Source of the DNA: Macrostomum lignano
Taxonomy: Eukaryota
Direction: 5' to 3'
DNA length: 64,000 nt
NCBI GenBank assembly: GCA_002269645.1
Contig: NIVC01002067.1
Span: 1-64,000, forward strand
The position numbers and the translations under genes are program-made. Positions 39,610 through 50,433 of the stretch are shown in pieces; the first letter of the stretch is position 1, and each line of letters opens with the position of its first letter. The notes under the pieces were generated by a model. That model saw only the letters and a program-made list of their open reading frames with translations, searched no databases and was not told the DNA's origin.

Positions 39610-41995
39610 AGCTAGTGCAATAATCCTTGGTTTATTAATAGCAATAATCCTTGATTAATCAAGTGCAATAATCCTTGGTTTATCAAGTGCAATAATCCTT
39701 GGTTTATCAAGTGCAGTAATCTTTGGCTTATCAAGTGCAATAATCCTTGGTTTATCAAGTGCAATAATCCTTTGTTTATCAAGTGCAATAATCCTTGGTT
39801 TATCAAGTGCAATAATCCTTGGTTTATTAAGTGCAATAATCCTTGGTTTATCAAGTGCAATAATCCTTGGTTTATCTAGCGCAGTAATCCTTGGCTTATC
39901 AGGTGCAATAATCCTTGGTTTATCAAGTGCAATATTTGTTTATCAAGTGCAATAATCCTTGGTTTATCAAGTGAAATAATCCTTGGTTTATCAAGTGCAA
40001 TAATCCTTGGCTTATCAACTGCAATAATCCTTGGTTTATCAAGCACAGTAATCTTTGGCCTATCAAGTGCAATAATCCTTGGTTTATCAAGTGCAGTAAT
40101 CCTTGGCCTATCAAGTGCAATAATCCTTGGTTTATCAAGTGCAATAATCCTTGGTTTATCAAGTGCAATAATCCTTGGTTTATCAAGTGCAATAATCCTT
40201 GGCTTATCAACTGCAATAATCCTTGGTTTATCAAGGGCAATAGTCCTTGGTTTATCAAGCGCAGTAATCCTTGGCCTATCAAGTGCAATAATCCTTGGCT
40301 TATCAAGTGCAATAATCCTTGGTTTATCAAGTGCAATAATCCTTGGTTTATCAAGTGCAGTAATCCTTGGCCTATCAAGTGCAATAATCCTTGGTTTGCC
40401 AAGAGCAATAATCCTTAGTTTATCGAGTGCAGTAATCCTTAGTTTTCCAAGTGCAGTAATCCTTGGTTTATTAAGAGCAATAATCCTTGGCTTATCGAGT
40501 GCAGTAATCCTTGGTTTGCCAAGAGCAATAATCCTTGGTTTATCAAGTGCAATAATCCTTGGTTTATCAAGTGCAATAATCCTTGGTTTATCAAGTGCAA
40601 TAATCCTTGGTTTATCAGATGCAATAATCCTTGGCTTATCAACTGCAATAATCCTTGGTTTATCAGATGCAATAATCCTTGGCTTATCAACTGCAATAAT
40701 CCTTGGTTTATCAAGTGCAATAATCCTTGGTTTATCAAGCGCAGAAATCTTTGGCCTATCAAGTGCAATAATCCTTGGTTTATCAAGTGCAATAATCCTT
40801 GGTTTATCAAGTGCAATAATCTTTGGTTTATCAGATGCAATAATCCTTGGCTTATCAACTGCAATAATCCTTGGTTTATCAAGTGCAATAATCCTTGGCT
40901 TATCAAGTGCAATAATCCTTGGTTTATCAAGCGCAGTAATCTTTGGCCTATCAAGTGCAATAATCCTTGGTTTATCAAGTGCAGTAATCCTTGGCCTATC
41001 AAGTGCAATAATCCTTGGTTTATCAAGTGCAATAGTCTTTGGTTTATCGAGTGCAGTAATCCTTAGTTTTCCAAGTGCAGTAATCCTTGGTTTATTAAGA
41101 GCAATAATCCTTGGTTTATCGAGTGCAGTAGTCCTTGGTTTATTAATATCAATAATCCTTGAATAATCCAGTGCATTAATCCTTGGCTTATCAAGTGCAA
41201 CATTCTTTACTATCAAGTGCAATAATCCATGGCTTATCAAGTGCAATAATCCTTGGCTTATCAAGTGCAATAATCCTTGGTTTATCAAGTGCAATAATCC
41301 TTTGTTTATCAAGTGCAATAATCCTTTGTTTATCAAGTGCAATAATCCTTTGTTTATCAAGTGCAATAATCCTTGGTTTATCAAGCGCAGTAATACTTGG
41401 CTCATCAAGTGCAATAATCCTTGGTTTATCAAGTGCAATAATCCTTGGTTTATCAAGCGCAGTAATCTTTGGCCTATCAAGTGCAATAGTCCTTGGTTTA
41501 TCGAGTGCAGTAATCCTTGGTTTTCCAAGTGCAATAATCCTTGGCTTCTTGAGTGCAGTAATCCTTGGTTTGCCAAGAGCAATAGTCCTTGGTTTATCGA
41601 GTGCAGTAATCCTTGGTTTTCCAAGTGCAGTAATCCTTGGTTTATTAATAGCAATAATCCTTGGCTTCTTGAGTGCAGTAATCCTTGGTTTGCCAAGAGC
41701 AATAGTCCTTGGTTTATCGAGTGCATTAATCCTTGGTTTTCCAAGTGCAATAATTCTTGGCTTCTTGAGTGCAGTAATCCTTGGTTTGCCAAGAGCAATA
41801 GTCCTTGGTTTATCGAGTGCAGTAATCCTTGGTTTTCCAAGTGCCGTAATCCTTGGTTTATTAATAGCAATAATCCTTGATTAATCAAGTGCAGTAATCT
41901 TTGGTTTGCCAAGAGCAATAGTCCCTGGTTTATCGAGTGCAGTAGTCCTTGGTTTATTAATAGCAATAATCCTTGGCTTATCGAGTGCAGTAATC
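39610..41995. repeat. Helitron-internal 24-bp satellite (TTATCAAGTGCAATAATCCTTGGT), copy E only
   Basis: Tandem copies; no similarity by eye to the 23-bp monomer on either strand. Confidence 0.95.
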
Positions 41996-42059
41996 TAAGT
42001 GTTTTTATTTAGTCCTTTAATAAAACCTTTTAATAAAAAATTTTACACTACTACTTTTA

Positions 42060-42130
42060 AACTACTTAGATTCGAACCTAGGTCGCTGCATTAGCAGTCT
42101 GGTCTGTTCAGCTCTAGGCTAGCTCTCATC
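42060..42130 (-). pseudogene. tRNA-derived segment in Helitron E
   Basis: TAGCCTAGAGC...AGACTGCTAATGCAGCGACCTAGGTTCGAATC, T6 run downstream. Confidence 0.65.
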
Positions 42131-42680
42131 GAAGTTATCAGTGATGTTGTACCACTTATATAATTCAACACTCACACCAAGTCAGGTAGAGTAAAAAGTC
42201 TCACGAAGGAGTTATGACATAATCAATTTCTTAGGCAAGTCAGTACCAGTGTCTATGAAAGTTTACAATATGGTTACGTAATATAAATTCAGTACTGCGC
42301 TATGCTTTCACACTCAAAGCTGTGACGCAATTCAATTGAGTGTCAAATTCAGCCAGTACACAGACGATAAATAAAGTGTATTGTGATGCAATCTATTTCA
42401 GAATCAGAATTCAACCAGTCAGTTTTTCTGCTAGCATTCTTACGATGCATTTCAAGTCGAAAGAGCTGCTTGACCTTTGCAAAAAAGCATGTTTTTCGAA
42501 TATTTAATCCCTTTAGCATCAAGCAATTTCTTAGCCACGATGCATGTACTGTCACGGGAAAATTTCTGATCGAACAGTGCAAGTTCGAAGAAAATCGGTT
42601 GAGCCGTTTTTGCTAAAATCGATCACACACACACACATACACACACACACATACCGACAGACCATTTTTAGTATATTGGA

Positions 42681-45600
42681 CTAGCAATCTTCGCCCCCCG
42701 TTGGGGGACATCTGTATAGAATCTCTGCTCTACAAGTAACAAAAATATAGCCTAATAAAGCATTCACAAAGAAAACAGACAAAATACTTAAATGAAGTGC
42801 AATGCAAAAAGAAATCATCACAAGACAGCAAGCATCCCCCAGATTGCAAGCATCCCCCAGATAGCAAGCATCCCCCAGATAGCAAGCATCTCCCAGATAG
42901 CAAGCATCTCCCAGATAGCAAGCATCTCCCAGATAGCAAGCATCTCCCAGATAGCAAGCATCTCCCAGATAGCAAGCATCTCCCAGATAGCAAGCATCCC
43001 CCAAATAGATAGCACCCCCAGATAGTAAGCATCCCCCAGATAGATAGCACCCCCAGATAGTAAGCATCCCCCAGATAGATAGCATCCCCCAAATAGCAAG
43101 CATCCCCCAGATAGCAAGCATCCCCCAGGTAGCAAAGATCCCCCAGATAGCAAGCACCCCCCAGATAGCAAAGATCCCCCAGATAGCAAGCACCCCCCAG
43201 ATAGCAAAGATCCCCCAGATAGCAAGCATCCCCAAGATAGCAAGCATCCCCCAGATAGCAAGCATCTTCCAGAGAGCAAGCATCCCCCAGATAGATAGCA
43301 TCCCCAAATAGCAAGCATCCACCAGACAATAAGTAGCTAGTGCGACAATTTCTTTAGCATTATAGTGGCTCCTTTAAAATTCGCTTACTTTTACGTTTGA
43401 AATTGTGTATCTTTTATGTTTGACATGGTGGCTCTTTAATGTTTGACATGGTGGCTCTTTTATGTTGACATGGTGGCTCTTTTATGTTGACATGGTGGCT
43501 CTTTTTATGTTTGATACGGTGGCTTTTCAATGTCTGACATGGTGGCTCTTCTATGTTTGACATGGTGGCTCTTTAATGTTAGACAAAGTGGCTTTTTATT
43601 GTTTGACATGGTGGCTCTTTACTGTTCGAAATGGTGGCTCTGTAATGTTCGAAATGGTGGCTCTTTTATGTTTGACATGGTGGCTCTTTAATGTTAAACA
43701 AAGTGGCTCTTTAATGTTTGACATGATGGCTCTTTTATGTTTGACATGGTGGCTCTTAAATGTTTGACATGGTGGCTCTTAAATGTTTGAAATGGTGGCT
43801 CTTTAATGTTAGACAAAGTGGCTTTTTAATGTTTGACATGGTGGCTCTTTTATGTTTGACATGGTGGCTCTTTACTGTTTGAAATGGTGGCTCTTTAATG
43901 TTCGAAATGGTGGCTCTTTTATGTTTGACATGGTGGCTCTTTTAGGTTTGACATGGTGGCTCTTTTATGTTTGACATGGTGGCTCTTTAATGTTTGACAT
44001 GGTGGCTCTTTAATGTTAGAAAAAGTGGCTTTTTATTATTTGACATGGTGGCTCTTTTATACTTGACATGGTGGCTCTTTTATGTTCGAAATGGTGGCTC
44101 TTTAATGTTCGAAATGGTGGCTCTTTAATGTTTGACATGGTGGCTCTTTTATGTTTGACATGGTGGCTCTTTTAGGTTTGACATGGTGGCTCTTTTATGT
44201 TTGACATGGTGGCTCTTTAATGTTTGACATGGTGGCTCTTTAATGTTTGACATGGTGGCTCTTTAATGTTAGAAAAAGTGGCTTTTTATTATTTGACATG
44301 GTGGCTCTTTTATACTTGACATGGTGGCTCTTTTATGTTCGAAATGGTGGCTCTTTAATGTTCGAAATGGTGGCTCTTTAATGTTTGACATGGTGGCTCT
44401 TTAATGTTAAACAAAGTGGCTCTTTAATGTTTGACATGATGGCTCTTTTATGTTTGACATGGTGGCTCTTAAATGTTTGACATGGTGGCTCTTTTATGTT
44501 CGAAATGGTGGCTCTTTAATGTTCGAAATGGTGGCTCCTTTATGTTTGACATGGTGGCTCTTTAATGTTCGAAATGGTGGCTCTTTTATGTTTGACATGG
44601 TGGCTCTTTAATGTTCGAAATGGTGGCTCTTTAATGTTCGAAATGGTGGCTCTTTAATGTTTGACATGGTGGCTCTTTAATGTTAAACAAAGTGGCTCTT
44701 TAATGTTTGACATGATGGCTCTTTTATGTTTGACATGGTGGCTCTTAAATGTTTGACATGGTGGCTCTTTTATGTTCGAAATGGTGGCTCTTTAATGTTC
44801 GAAATGGTGGCTCTTTAATGTTTGACATGGTGGCTCTTTAATGTTAAACAAAGTGGCTTTTTAATGTTTGACATGGTGGCTCTTTTAGGTTTGACATGGT
44901 GGCTCTTTACTGTTTGAAATGGTGGCTCTTTAATGTTCGAAATGGTGTCTTTTTTATGTTTGACATGGTGGCTCTTTTAGGTTTGACATGGTGCCTCTTT
45001 TATGTTTGACATGGTGGCTCTTTAATGTTTGACATGGTGGCTCTTTAATGTTAAACAAAGTGGCTCTTTAATGTTTGACATGATGGCTCTTTTATGTTTG
45101 ACATGGTGGCTCTTAAATGTTTGACATGGTGGCTCTTTAATGTTAGACAAAGTGGCTTTTTAATGTTTGACATGGTGGCTCTTTTATGTTTGACATGGTG
45201 GCTCTTTACTGTTTGAAATGGTGGCTCTTTAATGTTCGAAATGGTGTCTTTTTTATGTTTGACATGGTGGCTCTTTTAGGTTTGACATGGTGCCTCTTTT
45301 ATGTTTGACATGGTGGCTCTTTAATGTTTGACATGGTGGCTCTTTAATGTTAAACAAAGTGGCTCTTTAATGTTTGACATGATGGCTCTTTACTGTTTGA
45401 AATGGTGGCTCTTAAATGTTTGACATGGTGGCTCTTTTAATGTTAGACAAAGTGGCTTTTTAATGTTTGACATGGTGGCTCTTTTATGTTTGACATGGTG
45501 GCTCTTTATTGTTTGACATGGTGGCTCTTTAATGGTTAACCTGGTGGCTCTTTTATGTTTGACACGGCGGCTCTCTAATGTTTGACAAAGTGGCTATTTA

Positions 45601-46444
45601 ATGTTCGAAATGGTGGCTCTTTAAAGTTTGAAATAAAGTCACATATATGTTTGACATGGTGGCTCTTAAATGTTTGACATGGTGGCTCTTAAATGTTTTG
45701 ACATGTTGGCTCTTAAATGTTTTGACATGGTGGCTCTTAAATGTTTGACGTGGAGTCACATATATGTTTGACATAGTGCTTATTTTATGTTTGGCATGGT
45801 GGCTCTTTTATGTTTGACATGATGGCTCTTCTATGTTTGACATTGCGCTTCTATTATGTTTAGCAGTTTTATTGTGTTTTTAAGGTGTTTTAATAAAAAA
45901 AATCTTTTTGCACTACTAAGATTTGAACCCAGGTCGCTACATTAGCATTCCAGTCTGTTCGCATCTGGGCTATCTCTTGTCTTGAATTGTGGCCCTTATA
46001 ATTCAATTCTTACAGCAAGTCAATTGGAGTAAAAAGTTATGACATAATCAATTTCTCAGTCAGCCAGAATCAGTCTCAATTTAAGTTGGCAATATGGTTA
46101 CGCAATTTAAATCAAGTCGTGTGTGCATTTCTTTGACACTGTTTTCAACTTGTTGTGATGCAATCTTTATCACAATCGGAATTCAGCCAGTCAGTTTTTT
46201 CTCTAGCATTCTTACAATGCATTTCAAGTCGAAAATTTTGCTTGACCTTTGCAAAAAAGCATGTTTTTCGAATATTTAATCCCTTTAAAATTGAGCAATT
46301 TCTTAGCCAAGATGCATGTACCGTCCCAGGAAAATTTCTGATCGAATGGTGCAAGTTTGAAGAAAATCGGTTGAGCCATTTTTTCTGAAATCTATCGCAT
46401 ACCTACCCACATACATACAGACAACTCATTTTTAGTATATAGGA
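42681..46444 (-). mobile_element. non-autonomous Helitron copy F
   Basis: Starts CTAGCAATCTTCGCCCCCCGTTGGGGG (plus); ends TATATAGGA|T at 46444/46445. Confidence 0.88.
45910..45980 (-). pseudogene. tRNA-derived segment in Helitron F
   Basis: A box TAGCCCAGATGC, B box GGTTCAAATC, oligo-T run. Confidence 0.68.
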
Positions 46445-46857
46445 TGGTAACTCTTATGTTAGATACGGTGGCTTTTTAATGTCTGACATGTTGGCTCTTT
46501 TATGTTTGACATGGTGGCTCTTTAATGTTTGACATGGTGGCTCTTTAATGTTCTTCATGGTATAGCTCTTTTATGTTAGACATGGTGGTTCTTTAATGTT
46601 TGACATAGTGGCTCTTTAATGTTTGAAATGGTGGCTCTTTAATGTTTGGCATAAAGTCACATATTTGCTTGACATGGTGGCTCTTAAATGTTTGACATGG
46701 TGGGTCTTTTATGTTCGACATGGTGGCTCTTTTATGTTTGACATGGTAACTCTTTTATGTTCGATATGTTGGCTCTTCTATGTTTGGCATTGCGCTTCTT
46801 TGATGTTTAGCAGTTTTATTGTGTTTTTAAGGTGTTTTAATAAAAAAAATCTTTTTG

Positions 46858-46925
46858 CACTACTAAGATTTGAACCCAGGTCGCTACATTAGCATTCCAG
46901 TCTGTTCGCATCTAGGCTATCTCTT
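46858..46925 (-). pseudogene. tRNA-derived segment in outer Helitron A
   Basis: A box TAGCCTAGATGC, B box GGTTCAAATC, oligo-T run. Confidence 0.68.
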
Positions 46926-47395
46926 TTCAATTGGAGAACATGAATTGTGGCCCTTATAATTCAATTTTTACAGCAAGTCAATTGGAGTAAAAAGTTATGA
47001 CATAATCAATTTCTCAGTCAGCCAGTATCAGTCCCAATTCAAGTTAGCAATATGGTTACGCAATTTAGATCAAGTCGTGTGTGCATTTTTCGGCACTGTT
47101 TTCAACTTGTTGTGATGCAATCTTTATCACAATCGGAATTCAGTCAGTCAGTTTTTTCTCTAGCATTCTTACAATGCATTTCAAGTCGAAAATTTGGCTT
47201 GACCTTTGCAAAAAAGCATGTTTTTCGAATATTTAATCCCTTTAACATTGAGCAATTTCTTAGCCAAGATGCATGTACCGTCCCAGGAAAATTTCTGATC
47301 AAATGGTGCAAGTTTGAAGAAAATCGGTTGAGCCAATTTTTCTGAAATCTATCGCATAGCTACAGACATAGCTACAGACATAGCTACAGGGATGC

Positions 47396-47710
47396 TAGAT
47401 AGGTACATAAATAAAATACACATAGTTAAGGTAGATAGTTTTTTAGATAGGTAAGTAAGTAGAAGGGAAGACAGGTAGATAGGTGTGTAGGTACACAGCT
47501 AAGTAGCTATGTAGGTAGGTAGTTTGTTAGGTATAGGTAGGTAGATAGTTTGGTAGGTACAGCTAAGTAGGTATGTAGTTAGGTAAGTAGATAAGTAGGT
47601 AGGTAGGTAGGTAGGTAGGTAGGTAGGTAGGTAGGTAGGTAGGTAGGTGACAGGTGGATTAGTTATGAAGGTGGAAAGATAGGCACATATATCAAATAAG
47701 TAGATATGTA
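47396..47710. repeat. (TAGG)n microsatellite, right flank of the Helitron nest
   Basis: Visible, with a pure run near 47600-47648. Confidence 0.9.
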
Positions 47711-47959
47711 GCCATGTTAGTATGCAAGTTTTACCAGAGCTCATACACGCAACTCATATAGCTCCATTTGAGAAACTCAAATAAATTTGGTGAAAACACG
47801 AGCCCCTTAGTAGCAATACAGTTCTTAAAAGCAATAACAATCAAGTTAAGAACCTGAAAAATGACAATGCCATATCAATTCCTTTGCAGTTGAAGTCTGT
47901 AGCAAACTATAGCACAGGATCGCTTGCTCGGAGTCATTGCTGTCATTGAGTTTAGCCAA

Positions 47960-48585
47960 TCAGCGCATGTCGAACTTCACCCATTCGCCGCTGGTTCCAA
48001 CGCTTTGCTCAACCAGCGAGTTGGCGAATTGCAGCAGGCGGCACTTCTTCATCTTGCTGTTGTTGCCTGGAGTTGCCAGCCTGCAGCGCACTGGCAATGC
48101 ACATTCTGCCGCTGACTACAGGCTGCTGAACATCTTCGTAGCAGTACCAAGAGTGGTAGTGCGTTCGATTGAACTCGGTAGCAATCCACAAAGATGCTGG
48201 ATTCGTCATAAGTGAGCTCGTGCTGTTTGAGTACTCGCAAACATATCCGTACCTGACTGTGCAGGTCATGTCTCCGATTCTGTTGTCGGCGGTTTTTTCT
48301 CAGACACAGCTCGACGGACGCTGTCCGACGCTAGATAGTCGATCGCGGAGCTGTCCGTTGGGAAAATGCCGTTGCCGTTGAGCCGCTGCCAGCCCGTTGC
48401 ACTGCCGCCTCGAATGTCGCTTCGCACCAGGTGAAACTGTGCGCTGAATTGACGAACACGCACCGACCGGCTTGCAGGCTGAATGGCTGGGGGCATTGGG
48501 CTGCTGACTCAGACTGAGAGTTGGACATTCGAGTCAGAATAACCAACAGTTGGAGAAGTAGCAACGCTAGATTCTTGGTTATCAT
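47960..48585 (-). pseudogene. secreted C-type lectin-like plus PAN/apple-like protein, frameshifted
   Basis: Signal peptide (LALLLLQLLVIL) then CPQPF..AGRCVFV..FTWCEA. Further pieces lie in other frames: GWQRLNGNG, TCTVRYGYVCEY, and SAAECAL..RCR...KKCRLLQF...WVKFDMR-stop (TGA at 47960-47962). At least 3 frame changes, and the lectin domain is too short. No splice sites were found that repair it. Confidence 0.6.
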
Positions 48586-49482
48586 GGTTGCTATGCCAGT
48601 TGGGATTTTTGAAGCCTATTTATTCTCGTTCGATACTTATTTTTAGTTTAAAAGATCCTTTGTTTTCCAAGCATTTGACATCAAAGTTGAAGTGTTGTGT
48701 TGACTTGTGCGAATGTGACAGAACTATCTGCCCCATGTAGCTACATGTCAATCTATCTGGGTATGAAAATGCAAAAACAGTTTTCTGTTTCACAGGACAC
48801 TTGATTGTAATTAATGCATTTACAGGGCTGCATACACACGTGTCCCAAAAAACTTGACTTTCCCACATTTATTACGACTATATAGCGAACATGCATTTAT
48901 ATTATTTAATGACAGACTACCTTGAGCATATCTTCGGGTACTGAATTGAAAGTAATAACAAAAGCCATTAGATTCTTCGGGTTTTAGATGGGTTTTTAGG
49001 AGAAAATCGACTTGCCCATTTAGTAGATTAACAGATTTATTTTATCAGTATTTCTGCAGGTAGCTACTCGTATTAAAACACAATTGCTTCATTTGTACTC
49101 GTATCAGTCTTTTACATGCAGATCGGTACGGCATACATTATGTCACTTTACGTTCAGATGTTCCTTATCTTATACAGATAAAAAGAGTCACGTCGGCAGA
49201 AGCACAAATGTTCTGAACAGACTCGTATCTGCATAAAATACCGTACTTTAGCGTAGCAATGTACTTTTCTTGTAAATGAGTAGGAACAGTGAAGCTAATA
49301 TAGGGTTTTGGAAACAAAAAACTAATTAATAAACTACACAGAAACTTCATAGCTATCGCTTAATTTATCGGGAAGAGAATTATTGTTAGTTATCTAATTA
49401 ATTTTCTTGTAATTTACGAGTATTATACGTTCGTATGTACTTCATTTTCCTTTGGTTACGAAAAGTCCAAATAGAACTGGCT

Positions 49483-50433
49483 TCACCATCCCATGATGCT
49501 CAGGAGTCCGGACGCAGCCCCGGTGATAGCTCCGGTCACACCCCCGGTAACAGCACCGACGATTTTCCTTTTCCCCCAGCTGAGGAGGGTGCTGCAGGCC
49601 TGTTTGGCGCTGTTGAAAGCGTTTCTCGCGTAATCGCCCAAGCCAACGCGGCCACGCCATAGGTCACCAACGCCCAGAAAATGCAGGCTGGTCTTCTGCC
49701 CGTAGCGGCACAGAGTGGCGAAGTGCTCGCAGTTGTTCGTGACAGGGTTGTAGTCCCAGATCTTGTCCAACCAGCTGCGAGCGTCAAACACAATCTGCGG
49801 CCTTGGCTTGGGCGGCAAATTGTCATCGTGCAAGTTGTTCTTGCGCACCAGAGTGCCACGGAATACATCCACTAGTCGGCCTCGCTCAGCTGGGCCCGAT
49901 TCATTAATGTGAATGACGTCTCCATTGCCTACATAAACAGCATAGTGGCTGTAAAAGAAATTAATTATACTGCTGCCCTTCTGCTGCACGAGGTCGCCAG
50001 GCTGCAGATGGTCCACCAGGCTCTCCGGATCGCAGAAGTCGGAGGTGTTGTGTCCACGGGCCTGACTGCCGGCATATTCGTCGTACGCTCTCAGCGCCGA
50101 GCAGCGAGTGCCTCTATAGCCTCCACTGCTGCTGCTGCATGAACAGCTTCCTGAATGGCTGCATGAACGGCTGCCTGAATGGCTGCATGAACGGCTGCCT
50201 GAATGGCTGCATGAACGGCTGCCTGAATGGCTGCATGAACGGCTGCCTGAATGGCTGCATGAACGGCTGCCTGAATGGCTGCATGAACGGCTGCCTGAAT
50301 GGCTGCATGAACGGCTGCCGGAATAGCTGCTTAAACGGATGCCTGAATAGCTGCTTGAACGGATGCCTGAATAGCTGCTTGAACGGATGCCTGAATAGCT
50401 GCTTGAACGGATGCTTGATTGTGACTGTCCCAT
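49483..50433 (-). CDS. LRAT/PLAAT (HRASLS, permuted NlpC/P60) family phospholipase/acyltransferase, 316 aa, intronless
   Basis: Motifs QPGDLV, YSHYAVYVGNGDVIH and YNPVTNNCEHFATLCRYG (His/His/Cys triad), a hydrophobic Gly-rich C-terminal tail, and an MGQSQS myristoylation-like N-terminus. Confidence 0.9.
   Translation of the reverse strand: MGQSQSSIRSSSYSGIRSSSYSGIRSSSYSGIRLSSYSGSRSCSHSGSRSCSHSGSRSCSHSGSRSCSHSGSRSCSHSGSRSCSHSGSRSCSHSGSCSCSSSSGGYRGTRCSALRAYDEYAGSQARGHNTSDFCDPESLVDHLQPGDLVQQKGSSIINFFYSHYAVYVGNGDVIHINESGPAERGRLVDVFRGTLVRKNNLHDDNLPPKPRPQIVFDARSWLDKIWDYNPVTNNCEHFATLCRYGQKTSLHFLGVGDLWRGRVGLGDYARNAFNSAKQACSTLLSWGKRKIVGAVTGGVTGAITGAASGLLSIMGW
50135..50415. repeat. 24-bp (2x12) tandem repeat inside the LRAT-family ORF
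   Basis: Plus-strand GCTGCCTGAATGGCTGCATGAACG; encodes SGSRSCSH and SGIRSSSY octapeptides on the minus strand. Confidence 0.93.

Larger units (their letters stand above)
38800..42680 (-). mobile_element. divergent non-autonomous Helitron copy E carrying a different 24-bp satellite
   Basis: Same TC and CTAG termini with a different 3' hairpin (plus-strand GCGGCCCCCCTTCGGGGCGC); homologous 5' 600-bp region, tRNA-like segment, 17-bp satellite and linker AAGTAGCTAGTGC. Confidence 0.82.
25808..47392 (-). mobile_element. outer non-autonomous Helitron (copy A), split into 25808-28090 and 46445-47392 by the nested array
   Basis: The minus-strand 3' end is CCCCC-ATC-GGGGG hairpin...GCTAG|T at 25808. 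Both halves share the rare satellite variants TTCTTCATGGTATAGCTC (about 27506 and 46551) and GGCATAAAGTCACATAT (about 27972 and 46648). The 5' end at 47392 (A|TCCCTG on minus) is less certain because the terminal region is rearranged. Confidence 0.72.

Noticed and set aside
27200-43345. Internal linker AGTAGCTAGTGC (CTAG) as a former Helitron 3' end
   Set aside because: No associated hairpin, and the CTAG is mutated in copy A. Possible but unsupported.
25950-45845. Regularly spaced short repeats resembling a CRISPR array
   Set aside because: Monomers are directly adjacent with no unique spacers, there are no cas genes, and the context is eukaryotic.
25737-46900. Many long ORFs (MLAIWG..., LHLINQG..., ALDKPRII..., including the 696-aa ORF at 39876-41966)
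   Set aside because: They are translations of 17-, 23- and 24-bp satellites that lack stops in some frames; no domain content.
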